From Candidatus Hydrothermales bacterium (GTDB lineage Bacteria; Hydrothermota; Hydrothermia; Hydrothermales; JAJRUZ01), in assembly GCA_039630575.1 (NCBI GenBank), contig JBCNUW010000004.1, positions 32,001 through 96,000 of the forward strand: a stretch of 64,000 nucleotides of DNA, given 5' to 3'. This document shows positions 9,575 to 19,979 of this stretch, one piece after another. Both the position numbers and the translations under genes were made by a program. Position 1 is the first letter of the stretch. Each line of letters opens with the position of its first letter. The notes below the pieces were generated by a model that was not told where the DNA came from, did no database searches, and saw only the letters and a program-made list of their open reading frames with translations.

Positions 9575-9844
9575 ATGAGATTAAAATTAGCCCTTTTATT
9601 AGGGTTTACATTTTTGGCCCTAATTCTAAACTGTGCTCCAAAAATGGCTTCAAAGGAAACACTACAGAGAATTGAGGAGCTTAAGGCTCAAATAGAGAAA
9701 ATTAATTCGGAAATTGCTGCCTGTGAAGAAGAAAAGAAAAATCTTACAGCAAAAAAAAGTGAAAAGATTAAACTAATCGAAAAACTGAAAGTAGAGAGAG
9801 ATTCTTTAAGAACCCTTCTTGAGCTTATAAAACAGGGATATTAA
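9575..9844 (+). CDS. Small coiled-coil lipoprotein
   Basis: Lipobox-like ILNC followed by heptad repeats. Confidence 0.75.
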   Translation: MRLKLALLLGFTFLALILNCAPKMASKETLQRIEELKAQIEKINSEIAACEEEKKNLTAKKSEKIKLIEKLKVERDSLRTLLELIKQGY

Positions 9845-9856
9845 GGGGAGGGGAAA

Positions 9857-10438
9857 ATGAAAAAATTATTTATAATTCTTTCATTTACTTTTTCTCTTTT
9901 AGCTCAAGAAAAATTGACTGAAGAAAAAGCCAAAGCACAAATTGTTGAACTTCAAAATCAAATTGAAAAGTTAAAGGAAAGTTTAAATTCATGCCAGAAA
10001 GAACTCGAAGAGATGAAAAAAGAGCTTTTGCCTCTCGATAATGAAATTACTTCAATACAGAATGAAATAAATTCTCTAAAGAATGAGTTAGCTAAGTATC
10101 CATCTGAATATGAAGTTAAAAGGGGTGACTTCCTTGCAAAAATAGCAGCATACCCTTTTATATATGGAACTCATAGGGCATGGCCAAGAATCTGGAGAGC
10201 AAACAGAGATTTGATCAAAAATCCTGATCTAATTTACCCTGGTTGGAAATTAAAAATACCACACGGACTTGACAAAACATACACTGTTATAAAAGGCGAT
10301 TACTTATGGAAGATAGCAGCATTCTGGTGGATCTATAGGGATGGAAGAAAGTGGAAAGCAATTTATGAGGCAAACAAGGATAAAATAAAGGATCCAAACA
10401 TTATATACCCTGGACAGGAATTCATAATTCCAAGATAA
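9857..10438 (+). CDS. Secreted coiled-coil protein with two LysM domains
   Basis: Signal peptide, coiled coil, YEVKRGD..IYPG and YTVIKGD..IYPG. Confidence 0.9.
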   Translation: MKKLFIILSFTFSLLAQEKLTEEKAKAQIVELQNQIEKLKESLNSCQKELEEMKKELLPLDNEITSIQNEINSLKNELAKYPSEYEVKRGDFLAKIAAYPFIYGTHRAWPRIWRANRDLIKNPDLIYPGWKLKIPHGLDKTYTVIKGDYLWKIAAFWWIYRDGRKWKAIYEANKDKIKDPNIIYPGQEFIIPR

Positions 10439-10477
10439 AGAAAAAAATAAATACATATAACATCTTTACATTTATGT

Positions 10478-11434
10478 GTGGAGATTAGAGTTTTTACTTT
10501 AAAACCTAAAAGAGTAAGAGAGATTTTAGGAATTTTAAATCAAAATTTAAAAGTATTACAGACAAATTTCTCTGGAAAAATTACTGTGAGGGGAGAAGAA
10601 ATAAAATTTGAAGGAACAAAAAAAGAATTTGAAAAATTGAAAGATCTTTTTAAAAAACTTGAATCAAAAGCAGAGGAGGGAAAATTTTTTGAACCGGAGG
10701 AAATTGTTGAAGTTCTACATAATAAAAATTTTTTAAACGAAAGGGAAAGGGGGAAAAATGTAATTATAACACCAAAAAAAATAGTTGAACCCAAAACAGA
10801 AAATCAAATCCTCTATGTTGAAGCCTTAAGAAAATACCCGATAACTTTTTCAATAGGTCCTGCAGGAACGGGTAAAACATACCTTGCCGTAGCTGTTGCT
10901 CTTGAAAGTCTCATGGAAGAAATGGTTGAAAGGATTATTCTAACAAGACCAGCTGTTGAAGCAGGAGAATCTCTTGGATTTTTACCTGGAAGCTTTCAGG
11001 AGAAAGTCGATCCTTACCTTAGACCCCTTTATGATGCATTGTTTGATATGATGCCTTATGAAAGGATAAAAAAATTGATGAATACAGGTGTGATAGAAAT
11101 TGCTCCACTTGCCTACATGAGGGGAAGGACACTATCAAATGCCTTTGTAATTCTTGATGAAGCACAAAATACAAACTATTTGCAGATGAAAATGTTTTTG
11201 ACAAGAATGGGAATAAAAACAAAATTAGCCATAACAGGTGACGTAACTCAGATTGATTTAAAAGAGAAGGAAGAATCAGGTCTTTTAATCGCTGAAAAAA
11301 TTTTAAAAGATTTAGACGGAATTAAATTCATATACTTGGGACCAGAGGATATAATAAGACACCCTATTGTAAAATCAATAATAATTGCTTACGAAAAATA
11401 TGAAGGAAAGAAAAGAGAAGGAAAAAATAGTTAG
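10478..11434 (+). CDS. phoH: PhoH family ATPase
   Basis: GPAGTGKT, RPAVEAGE, YMRGRT, DEAQN. Confidence 0.95.
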   Translation: MEIRVFTLKPKRVREILGILNQNLKVLQTNFSGKITVRGEEIKFEGTKKEFEKLKDLFKKLESKAEEGKFFEPEEIVEVLHNKNFLNERERGKNVIITPKKIVEPKTENQILYVEALRKYPITFSIGPAGTGKTYLAVAVALESLMEEMVERIILTRPAVEAGESLGFLPGSFQEKVDPYLRPLYDALFDMMPYERIKKLMNTGVIEIAPLAYMRGRTLSNAFVILDEAQNTNYLQMKMFLTRMGIKTKLAITGDVTQIDLKEKEESGLLIAEKILKDLDGIKFIYLGPEDIIRHPIVKSIIIAYEKYEGKKREGKNS

Positions 11435-13433
11435 AATTTTGTCTTTACTCATTTTCTCAATTTTAATAACAATACTTCTACCATTTTCTGAAAGAGAAAC
11501 TTACACCATGAGAAAAGGGGAAATCCCCCAAAGGGATATAGTAGCTGATTTTACCTTTGAAATACCAAAAAGTGAAAAAGAATTAGCAAGAGAAAAAGAG
11601 GAAATACTTAAGACTTTAACACTTGTTCTATCACCTCTCGTTAGCCCATCTGTTGATATAGACCTTTTAGAACAGCAACTTCTAAGCTTTGATAAAAAAA
11701 CTAAAGAAAAATTTTTAGAAGGAATAAAAAATTTTTTTACAGAAGTTAAAGACTTAGTGATAGTCGAAGAGCTTGACACAATAAAGAAACTAAATAGGGA
11801 ATTTGTAATCTTACTAACACCTGAAGGTGACAAGTTTTACCCAGTAGATAAAATTCTTTCACTTCAAGAAATTAGAGATATATTAAAAAAGAGAGCTCGT
11901 GAAATTTTTCCATCTAATTTACAACTTTCCTTTTTATTTGAAGAACTAATATCACCCTTTATATATCCGAGCTATAGGATTGATTTTGAAGAAACACAGA
12001 GGAGAGAAAGAAAATTGATTGAATCAATACAAAAAATTAAGGAAATAGTGTATAAGGGTGAGGTAATTGCAAAAGCTGGAGAGCCAATCTCTGATACCCA
12101 AATTGAAAAACTCGAAGTAATGGAAGCTCTGAGGAGAAAAACTATCCTGTCTAAATTTACCTTAATAATTCTGAGGTATATATTATTTTTTCTAATCATT
12201 ACTTTCGCTTACTATTCACTGAGATTTATTTTCCATGAAATATACAACAACACGAAATTACTTTTTATTACTCTTTTGAATATAATTCTTTTTTTATTAA
12301 TTTCAAGTATAGTAATAAAAATTACCAGAAATCCCTTTTTTATTCCCTTTGCTTTTATTCCTTTTTTTTTCTACTTTATAACTGGCAGAAATTTTGCAAT
12401 CTTGGTTACAATGATCCTATCTATTTTCTGTGCCATATACTCAGGGATGAGTCTCTTTTTGTTAATATATTTTTTATCAGTTGGCATATCAGGTATTCTA
12501 ATTTCAAAATTCTTAAGAAAAAGAGTTGATCTAATCTACGGATTTTTCATGTTGTGGGTTATATCCTTAGCACTTACATTCTTTTTTAAAATTTATGTAG
12601 ATTACCCATTATCAAAAAATGAAATTCTTTTAAGTTCAATTTTTTCTTCAGGACTCTCAATACTTGGTAGTATAACCTTTCTGCCATTACATGAGAAAAT
12701 TTTCGGAATCACAACGGACTTTGTTTTGCTTGAACTTTCATCTCCTGATTACTTCCTTCTAAAAGAGTTAGAAAAGAAGGCTCCTGGTACCTTTGAACAT
12801 TCCTTGAGAATTTCAGAATTAGCTGGAGTTGCAGCAGAAAGTATAGGTGCAAACCCCTTAATTGCAAAAGTTGGTGCCCTTTATCACGATATAGGAAAAA
12901 TTGAAATGCCAGAATATTTCATTGAAAACCAAAAAAACATAAAAGAAAATCCCCACACAAAACTTTCACCGTCTCTAAGTGCGACGATAATTCGTACTCA
13001 TGTTAAAAAGGGAATTGAATTAGCAAAAAAATACAGATTACCAGAAAGTATAATAAGAATAATAGAAAGACACCATGGGACTTTAGTAATGGGTTACTTT
13101 TATGAAAAGGCAAAAAAATTAAATCCCAACGTAGTTGAAGAGGAATTCAGATATAAAAGTCCAAAACCCGAAAAAAAGGAGGAAGCCCTAATTATGCTTC
13201 TTGACGGAATTGAGGCAGCTGTTAGAAATCTTGAAAAATACAATTTTAAAAGTATTTCTGATGCTATTGACTCTGTTATAAACCATAGATTCTCAGATGG
13301 ACAGTTCGACAGATGTGAAATAACAAGAAAAGATATTGAAAAAATAAAAGAGGTAATTTTACCAAAACTTGTTCACCGTTACCACACGAGATTAGATTAT
13401 CCACCACTAATTGCAAAAGAAAAAATTGTTTAA
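11385..13433 (+). CDS. 7TM-HD phosphohydrolase (PgpH-like)
   Basis: Extracellular domain, multiple TM helices, APGTFEHS, YHDIGK, HHGT; phoH-ybeY context. Confidence 0.9.
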   Translation: MLTKNMKERKEKEKIVRILSLLIFSILITILLPFSERETYTMRKGEIPQRDIVADFTFEIPKSEKELAREKEEILKTLTLVLSPLVSPSVDIDLLEQQLLSFDKKTKEKFLEGIKNFFTEVKDLVIVEELDTIKKLNREFVILLTPEGDKFYPVDKILSLQEIRDILKKRAREIFPSNLQLSFLFEELISPFIYPSYRIDFEETQRRERKLIESIQKIKEIVYKGEVIAKAGEPISDTQIEKLEVMEALRRKTILSKFTLIILRYILFFLIITFAYYSLRFIFHEIYNNTKLLFITLLNIILFLLISSIVIKITRNPFFIPFAFIPFFFYFITGRNFAILVTMILSIFCAIYSGMSLFLLIYFLSVGISGILISKFLRKRVDLIYGFFMLWVISLALTFFFKIYVDYPLSKNEILLSSIFSSGLSILGSITFLPLHEKIFGITTDFVLLELSSPDYFLLKELEKKAPGTFEHSLRISELAGVAAESIGANPLIAKVGALYHDIGKIEMPEYFIENQKNIKENPHTKLSPSLSATIIRTHVKKGIELAKKYRLPESIIRIIERHHGTLVMGYFYEKAKKLNPNVVEEEFRYKSPKPEKKEEALIMLLDGIEAAVRNLEKYNFKSISDAIDSVINHRFSDGQFDRCEITRKDIEKIKEVILPKLVHRYHTRLDYPPLIAKEKIV

Positions 13434-13818
13434 CCTTAATTTTTTTAAAACAGTAAAGAAAAAAATACCGATTAGTAAAAATGAAATTAAAAGATTAAAA
13501 AGAATTTTTAAAAAAGAAATAAAAAGCAAAAATTTAAAGATAAAGGAAATAAATGTAGTTATGGTAGGGAAAGATAGAATAAAAAGTTTAAATAAAAATT
13601 TTTTAAATAAAAACAAAAAAACTGACTGCCTTTCCTTTAACTTAGAAGAAGTAGGAGAAATTTACATATGTTCATGTTACATAAAAAACAAAACAGATTT
13701 TTTGAAACTTTTAACTCACAGCTTCTGCCATATATTAGGATATGACCATAAAAGTAAAAATGAAAAAAAGTTTATGGAAGAAAAGGAAAAAAGCATAATT
13801 AAGAAAATTAAATTATGA
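13411..13818 (+). CDS. ybeY: rRNA maturation endoribonuclease YbeY
   Basis: TDCLSF, GEIYIC, HSFCHILGYDH. Confidence 0.85.
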   Translation: MQKKKLFNLNFFKTVKKKIPISKNEIKRLKRIFKKEIKSKNLKIKEINVVMVGKDRIKSLNKNFLNKNKKTDCLSFNLEEVGEIYICSCYIKNKTDFLKLLTHSFCHILGYDHKSKNEKKFMEEKEKSIIKKIKL

Positions 13819-14582
13819 TTTTCCTAAACTTTATTTTACTGATTATTACCTTTTCCATCTCCTTTCTTGCCTCTGGAACGGAAACTGCCCTTTTTTCCTT
13901 ATCAGAGGAGAAAGCATCAAGATTTCCCTTTAAAAAGGAAAGAAAAAAAATAATTAAAAAAATTTTAGTCTTCCCAGGAATAATAATACTTACACTTGTC
14001 ACTATAAATACATTTGTAAATACTTTAGCCTCTTCAGTTTTTTCAAGCATAACTTTCCAAATTTTCAGTATGGACAAAAAATTAATTGAAATAATAGATA
14101 CAGTTATCTTGGGTTCATTCATATTTATTTTTTGTGAAACTCTACCTAAAAATCTTGCCTTAAAATCTCCTTACAGATTTTTAATACTATCATTTCCATT
14201 TTACATAATAACAATTTACCCTTTAACTTTATTAGCAGAGAAATTCAAAAGAAAAGAAAAAAAGATAATAAAGAGAGATTTTCATTTTTTACACGAACTT
14301 GAACTTATTCTTTTTACAGGTGATATAAAGGAAATCTTAACAGAATCTGAAAAAAATCTCTTTATAAAACTTATAGAATTTTCACAACTAAAACCAACAG
14401 ACTTCAAAAAACATAAAAAAGAAGAGACAAATTTCATAGAAGTTAAAAGTGAGGAACCACTTTTTTTCATCTTAAAAAAATTACTCAAAGAAAAAAAAGA
14501 ATACGCACTCTTTTACTATGAAGGTAAAAGATATTTTATTTCTAAAAAAGATATAATTCAATATGTCTTTAAAGAAATATAA
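13815..14582 (+). CDS. CNNM/DUF21 membrane protein, short form
   Basis: SGTETALFSL, FCETLPK; CBS pair reduced. Confidence 0.75.
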   Translation: MIFLNFILLIITFSISFLASGTETALFSLSEEKASRFPFKKERKKIIKKILVFPGIIILTLVTINTFVNTLASSVFSSITFQIFSMDKKLIEIIDTVILGSFIFIFCETLPKNLALKSPYRFLILSFPFYIITIYPLTLLAEKFKRKEKKIIKRDFHFLHELELILFTGDIKEILTESEKNLFIKLIEFSQLKPTDFKKHKKEETNFIEVKSEEPLFFILKKLLKEKKEYALFYYEGKRYFISKKDIIQYVFKEI

Positions 14583-15327
14583 ATATATAAGTAAGAATTT
14601 TTTCATTCTATCGACTTTTTCAATAATAGTAAGCATAGTTCCAATCAATTTATCTAACACTCCAAAAGGAAGTGATCTTTTGTTTCATTTTATTTTCTTT
14701 TTCATATTCTCTATTTTCTGTGAAAACAAAAACGATAGAATACTGATTTTTTTAATTCCCATATTAACTGAGTCAATACAGTTTTTTCTACCTTACAGAA
14801 ACTTTAATTTTTATGATCTTTTATCTGATTACTTTGGTATAATCTCTGGTATTTTCTTTTATAATACGATTTTAAAAAACCCAGAAAGAAGATTTATATT
14901 TGTAGGTTCCTTTTTTTATTTAGGATATGTTATTCCAAAAATGAAAGGAACCTTCTCAAGTTTTCTGATCCTTAACATTTTAATTTTTTACAAACTTCCA
15001 TGGTTCACACTATCAATTTTATTTATATTTACCTATATACTCCATTACCTTTTAAAAGACTTTCTTTATAAAAAAGATCCTGATTTTTTTACCCTTGATG
15101 AAGTAATAGGGACATTTCCTATTTTTTATCTTCAGACTGAAATTTTTTTATATGTTTTTTATTTTATTCTTTATAGATTTTTTGATATAAAAAAACCTCT
15201 ATTCATAAAAAATATTGAAAAAATTCATAATTTTAACGGAGTTTTTCTTGACGACTTTTTAAGTGGAATTTACTCCCTCTTTATTACTCTATTGATTCAT
15301 TTTGTGATTCAAAAAATTTTTCTATAA
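14563..15327 (+). CDS. VanZ-like / phosphatidylglycerophosphatase A fusion
   Basis: N-terminal ESIQFFLPYR..DLLSD; C-terminal DPDFFTLDEVIG, RFFDIKKP, GVFLDD. Confidence 0.7.
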   Translation: MSLKKYKYISKNFFILSTFSIIVSIVPINLSNTPKGSDLLFHFIFFFIFSIFCENKNDRILIFLIPILTESIQFFLPYRNFNFYDLLSDYFGIISGIFFYNTILKNPERRFIFVGSFFYLGYVIPKMKGTFSSFLILNILIFYKLPWFTLSILFIFTYILHYLLKDFLYKKDPDFFTLDEVIGTFPIFYLQTEIFLYVFYFILYRFFDIKKPLFIKNIEKIHNFNGVFLDDFLSGIYSLFITLLIHFVIQKIFL

Positions 15328-15336
15328 AATAAAATT

Positions 15337-15642
15337 ATGGAAAATAAAAGATACATTGCTTTGCTTTCATATTTGGGTATTTTATTTATAATACCCCTTA
15401 TTTTAGAACCTAATGATGAATTTGTAAAATTTCATGTCAAACAGGGAATAGTTCTCTTTGTTTTTTTCATGATTGTATTTATTTTAGGTGGTATAATACC
15501 TTTTATAGGATGGTTTGTCCTTTGGCCGATAGGAATTTTCATCTGGATCCTTCTTCTTATAGTCGGAATAATCAATGCTCTTGGAGGCAAAAAAGAGAAA
15601 CTTCCCTACATAGGTAAATATGCGGACAAGTTAAATTTTTAA
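15337..15642 (+). CDS. DUF4870-like membrane protein
   Basis: LSYLG, FVKFHVKQG, GIINA..LPYIG. Confidence 0.8.
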   Translation: MENKRYIALLSYLGILFIIPLILEPNDEFVKFHVKQGIVLFVFFMIVFILGGIIPFIGWFVLWPIGIFIWILLLIVGIINALGGKKEKLPYIGKYADKLNF

Positions 15643-15655
15643 TAAAATTTCAAAA

Positions 15656-16669
15656 TTGAAAAATTTATATTTTTTAATATCTTTTGTAATATTTATCTTA
15701 CAACTTATCCTTTACTCTCCTTTAATAAATTTTAAAGGCAAAGAGGAAAAGTTGTTAATAAAAAGGGGAACTAATCTGAAAGAGTTTTTTAAAATATTAA
15801 AGGAAAAAAAAATTTTAAATAGTAGCCTTTTTTTATTACTTTTAAAAATTTATAATCCAAAGTTTAAAATTTTTGCTGGAGAATGGAGAATTCTTAACTC
15901 AAGGAACGATTTTATTAATTTGAAAAATATAAGTAAGGCTAAAATTAATACACAATTTTTAATTACAATCCCTGAAGGTTATGAATTAAAAAAAATTTTA
16001 AAATTAGTTTCAGAAAAAACCGGAATTGACCTTAATGAATTGAAGGAACTTGCAGAAAATACAGAAAATTTCAAGGAAATATTTAAAGATAACTTACCCA
16101 AAAATCTTGAGGGATACCTTTTTCCTGATACATACATTCTATCATACTATCTTTCACCCAAAGAAATACTTTTAGTCTTTATAAAAAGACTTTTTGAAGT
16201 TTTAAAGGAATTAAATTACGATTCAGTAAAGGATAAAATTGGTTTAAATTTAAATCAAGTTTTAACGTTAGCTTCAATTATTGAGAAGGAAGCAATATAC
16301 GATTTTGAAAAAAAAATCATTTCTTCAGTATACCATAACAGATTAAAAAAAAATATACCATTGCAGGCTGACCCAACGATCCAATACTTACTTCCTGAGC
16401 CACTTTTTCCTTTACCTATTAAGTTTTTGAAAATAATCTCACCCTACAATACTTATATAAATAAGGGCTTACCACCAGCGCCTATATGTTCACCTGGAAA
16501 AGCATCAATAGAAGCAGCTCTATATCCATCAGAAACGGATTATCTTTATTTTGTAGCAAAAGGCGATGGTACACACATCTTTGCAAAAACTTATAAAGAA
16601 CATATTAAAAATAAAAAGCTTGCAAAAGAAGAATGGGTAAAAAAAGGATTAATTAAAAAAAACTATTAA
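15656..16669 (+). CDS. mltG: Endolytic transglycosylase MltG
   Basis: TIPEG, LEGYLFPDTY, LASIIEKE, LQADPT, YLYFVA. Confidence 0.93.
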   Translation: MKNLYFLISFVIFILQLILYSPLINFKGKEEKLLIKRGTNLKEFFKILKEKKILNSSLFLLLLKIYNPKFKIFAGEWRILNSRNDFINLKNISKAKINTQFLITIPEGYELKKILKLVSEKTGIDLNELKELAENTENFKEIFKDNLPKNLEGYLFPDTYILSYYLSPKEILLVFIKRLFEVLKELNYDSVKDKIGLNLNQVLTLASIIEKEAIYDFEKKIISSVYHNRLKKNIPLQADPTIQYLLPEPLFPLPIKFLKIISPYNTYINKGLPPAPICSPGKASIEAALYPSETDYLYFVAKGDGTHIFAKTYKEHIKNKKLAKEEWVKKGLIKKNY

Positions 16670-16671
16670 AA

Positions 16672-17577
16672 TTACTTAAATAAAATTTTAAAAAGCCCCA
16701 TTTGAGCCCACATTCTGTTTTCGGCTTGCTCATAAACTATTGAATAATCTGCATCCAAAACCTCATCGGTAACCTCTTCACCTCTGTGAGCTGGCAAACA
16801 ATGCATAAATTTCACATCATTGTGAGCTTTTTCTATAAGACTTACGTTTACTTGGTATGGCAAGAAAATCTTTTTTCTGATCTCTGCTTCATGTTCCTGT
16901 CCCATAGAAGCCCACACGTCTGTATATATAAATTTAACACCTCTAACAATTTCATAGGGATCATAACTAAAAATTATCTTTGATTTTGTCTTTTTTGCTA
17001 TTTCATTTGCCTTCTCCATAATCTCCTTTTTAGGCTCATAACCTTTAGGAGTAGAAATTCTTATTTCTCCTCCTGTTAAGGCAAAACCCAAAATAAGAGA
17101 ATGACAAACATTGTTCCCATCTCCTACATATAGAAGTGGACCATTCAGATCTCCTGAAAATTCCTTTATAGTCATAAGATCAGCTAAAACTTGGCAAGGA
17201 TGTTCCAAATCAGAAAGAGCATTTATTACCGGGATATTACTCTCTCTTGCAAGAATATTGAGAGTTTCATGAGAATAAACTCTTGAGATAACTGAGTTCA
17301 CCCATCTTTCGAGATTTTTTGCAATGTCCTTTACAGATTCTCTTTTACCCATTCCAACATCCTGTTGCGAGAGGTATATAGAATGGCCACCCAATTTTTT
17401 TATTCCTGCCTCAAAACTTACCCTTGTTCTAAGAGAGGGTTTTTCAAAGATAAGAGCAAAAATTTTATCTTTGAGAAAGTCTTCGCTTTTTCCTTTCTTG
17501 AATTCTTCTGAGTAAGTTAGAATTTGTTTTAATTCAGATGAAGTAATATCTGTTATAGAGAGGAAATCTCTTTTCAT
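16672..17577 (-). CDS. argF: Ornithine carbamoyltransferase
   Basis: SLRT, HPCQ, SMG, HCLP, QAENR. Confidence 0.93.
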   Translation of the reverse strand: MKRDFLSITDITSSELKQILTYSEEFKKGKSEDFLKDKIFALIFEKPSLRTRVSFEAGIKKLGGHSIYLSQQDVGMGKRESVKDIAKNLERWVNSVISRVYSHETLNILARESNIPVINALSDLEHPCQVLADLMTIKEFSGDLNGPLLYVGDGNNVCHSLILGFALTGGEIRISTPKGYEPKKEIMEKANEIAKKTKSKIIFSYDPYEIVRGVKFIYTDVWASMGQEHEAEIRKKIFLPYQVNVSLIEKAHNDVKFMHCLPAHRGEEVTDEVLDADYSIVYEQAENRMWAQMGLFKILFK

Positions 17578-18570
17578 TTATTTTTTCCCCTCAAGTTCAC
17601 TTGCTTTTTTAAGAGCCTCAAGGGCTTCTTTATTTTTTCCCAACCTTGAGTAACAATCAGCAATCAGCTTATATATTTCTGATTTTTCTTTCAAAGACAA
17701 AGATTTTTTATAGTATTCCAACGCCTTTTCATAGCTATTTGTTAAATGATAGGCTCTACCAATATACTCATAAACATCTGCCTCTTCAGGATTCTTTTTG
17801 GCATATTTTTCGAAATAGGCTATTGACTCCTTATATTTTTTTGAAAGAAAGTTTGAAAAGGCAATATTAAAAAGATAATTTATATTTGACGAATCTGATA
17901 AGTAAGCTTCCTTAAAAAATTTTTCTGCCTCTTCATAATTTCTTTTATTTGAATATATTTCACCCAACAATCCATAAAACTTTGACTTTAACTCTTTATT
18001 TATTTCTTTACCTATGTTATTCTTTGCTATTTCTTCAGCTTTATCTGGGTTTTCTTCCATGTAAAACCTAGCAAGGTAATAGGACATAAGAATATCATCC
18101 TTTGCTCTTTTTTGTCCCTCTTCGAGAGTTTCTTTTGCCCTTTTTGCATCACCTTTACTTTGATAAAAGGCAGCAAGATTGATATAAATTTTTGGACTAT
18201 CTGGTTCAATTTCTTTTAATTTTTCAAAACATTTTATTGCAAAGTCATAATTTTTTTCTTGGTTTGCAACAATTCCAGCGTTAAAAAGGGTTGTTTTATC
18301 AATGTCTTCAAGTTTTTTCTTTAATCCCATATCAAAAGATTTAAAAAGATAATTAGCTCCCTCAACATACTTGTTTGTTAAAGTATAGGCTCTTGAAATC
18401 CATAAATATGGTTCAGGGTTTTTTGGCTCTGACTTTGCCCACTTTTCAGCCTCTTCAATCATCTTCTCAAAATTCTGTTGTTGCATATAAATTTTAACTG
18501 CTGTTGAATGAGGATTTGCTGCACAATAAAAAAATATAATTGAAATTAAAAATCCCAATGATTTTTTCAT
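17578..18570 (-). CDS. TPR-repeat putative lipoprotein
   Basis: Hydrophobic N-terminus plus Cys; many TPR helices. Confidence 0.8.
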   Translation of the reverse strand: MKKSLGFLISIIFFYCAANPHSTAVKIYMQQQNFEKMIEEAEKWAKSEPKNPEPYLWISRAYTLTNKYVEGANYLFKSFDMGLKKKLEDIDKTTLFNAGIVANQEKNYDFAIKCFEKLKEIEPDSPKIYINLAAFYQSKGDAKRAKETLEEGQKRAKDDILMSYYLARFYMEENPDKAEEIAKNNIGKEINKELKSKFYGLLGEIYSNKRNYEEAEKFFKEAYLSDSSNINYLFNIAFSNFLSKKYKESIAYFEKYAKKNPEEADVYEYIGRAYHLTNSYEKALEYYKKSLSLKEKSEIYKLIADCYSRLGKNKEALEALKKASELEGKK

Positions 18571-18588
18571 TTAACTTCTCCTTTTATT

Positions 18589-18605
18589 TTTGGAGTAGAA
18601 CCAAA
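18589..18605 (-). promoter_or_regulatory. T-arm-like leader hairpin, copy 2
   Basis: TTTGG-TTCTACT-CCAAA; core ends 21 nt before ATG 18570; TATAAT 12 nt upstream. Confidence 0.65.
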
Positions 18606-18615
18606 TTCTGCTTAA

Positions 18616-19731
18616 TTATAAATAAAAATTTCTGATTTTTTCACATATGTATAAAATATCTTCATCTTTAAGATAAGGATGACAAGGTAAAGACAAAACT
18701 TCTTTACAAAGTTTTTCAGTTAACGGCAAATATCCTTCTTTATAGCCGTAAAAACTTGCTGCTGGCTGTAAATGGCATGGTATAGGATAATGTATACCTG
18801 TTTCTATACCGTTTTCTTTTAGATACTCCCTTAAATTATCTCTATTTTTAGCACAAATTACAAAAAGGTGATAAACAGATTTTTTATTCTTATCCTCTTT
18901 GATTAATCTCACATGCTCTAAATCCTTGAGATTTTCGAAATAAATTCTCGCTATTTCTCTTCTTCTTGAATTCCATCTATCCAGGTGTTTAAGTTTTAAA
19001 AGTAAAACAGCTGCCTGAATCTCATCCATTCTAAAATTGAAACCCATTATTTTGCTTACATAACTTTTATCTTGTCCATGAACTCTCAAGAGTTTTAATT
19101 TTTCATATATATCGTAATCATTTGTAGATACTCCTCCAGCTTCACCTAGTGCACCGAGGTTTTTAGTATAGTAGAAACTGAAAGCTGATAGATCTCCGAG
19201 ATTACCAACCCTTTTATCCTCATACAAAGCACCATGGGATTGAGCGGAATCTTCAATTAAAACAATTTGAGGGTTATTTTTTTTAATCTCCCAAAATTCT
19301 TTCATATCACAGGGCATACCAAAAAGGTGAACCAAAATTATTCCTTTTGTTCTTTTTGTTAGCTTTGATTTTACATCTTCAGGGTCAATTGTAAAATCAC
19401 TTTCTTTAATTTCAGCAAAAATAGGTTTAGCCCCAACCATCCAAACAGCTTCAAGGACTGCAAAAAATGTAAAAGAAGGTAATATTACCTCATCATTTTC
19501 TTTTATACCTACACTCCTTAAAGCAAGATGAAGTGCATCTGTTCCAGATGAACAACTTAAAAAATATTTACTTCCGCAGTACAGTGCAAATTCTTTTTCA
19601 AATTTCTCTTGGTGAGGACCCAGATAGAGGTTCATGTCTTTGAAGATTTTTCTTAAGAGGGGAAATAGATCCCTTTTTATTTCAAGATAAGAAAGATAGA
19701 GGTTGTGTAGTTTTATTTCTTTTTTTTTCAT
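18616..19731 (-). CDS. DegT/DnrJ/EryC1/StrS PLP aminotransferase (possible GnnB)
   Basis: SGTDAL, EDSAQSHGA, FSFYYTKNLG, GIHYP. Confidence 0.9.
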   Translation of the reverse strand: MKKKEIKLHNLYLSYLEIKRDLFPLLRKIFKDMNLYLGPHQEKFEKEFALYCGSKYFLSCSSGTDALHLALRSVGIKENDEVILPSFTFFAVLEAVWMVGAKPIFAEIKESDFTIDPEDVKSKLTKRTKGIILVHLFGMPCDMKEFWEIKKNNPQIVLIEDSAQSHGALYEDKRVGNLGDLSAFSFYYTKNLGALGEAGGVSTNDYDIYEKLKLLRVHGQDKSYVSKIMGFNFRMDEIQAAVLLLKLKHLDRWNSRRREIARIYFENLKDLEHVRLIKEDKNKKSVYHLFVICAKNRDNLREYLKENGIETGIHYPIPCHLQPAASFYGYKEGYLPLTEKLCKEVLSLPCHPYLKDEDILYICEKIRNFYL

Positions 19732-19774
19732 TTAGAAATTGTGGGTAGATTTAGATTGTTATCTTTTTAAAAAG

Positions 19775-19849
19775 TCGGGGCGCGCGGATTTGAACCGCGG
19801 ACCTCTTGGTCCCAAGCCAAGCGCGCTTTCCGGACTGCGCTACGCCCCG
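19775..19849 (-). tRNA. tRNA-Pro(TGG)
   Basis: CGGGGCG acceptor, CTTGG-CTTGGGA-CCAAG anticodon arm, GGTTCAAATCC. Confidence 0.95.
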
Positions 19850-19892
19850 CTTCACTTAATTAATTATATTATTAAAATTTTAAAAATACAAC

Positions 19893-19979
19893 TTAATCCC
19901 TAAGCTTTCTATGAAGATAAAAAAGATAAAAAAATATAACTGTCCAAACCACAATGTAAGATATATATAAAAATTTCAT
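19893..19979 (-). CDS. ccmD: Heme exporter protein CcmD-like (28 aa, not in ORF track)
   Basis: MKFLYISYIVVWTVIFFYLFYLHRKLRD*; ATG abuts the ccmC stop; TM helix with Y..W plus basic tail. Confidence 0.75.
   Translation of the reverse strand: MKFLYISYIVVWTVIFFYLFYLHRKLRD

Noticed and set aside
16672..17577. SLRT motif suggesting N-acetyl/succinyl-ornithine carbamoyltransferase
   Set aside because: SMG and HCLPAHRG are typical of ordinary OTC.
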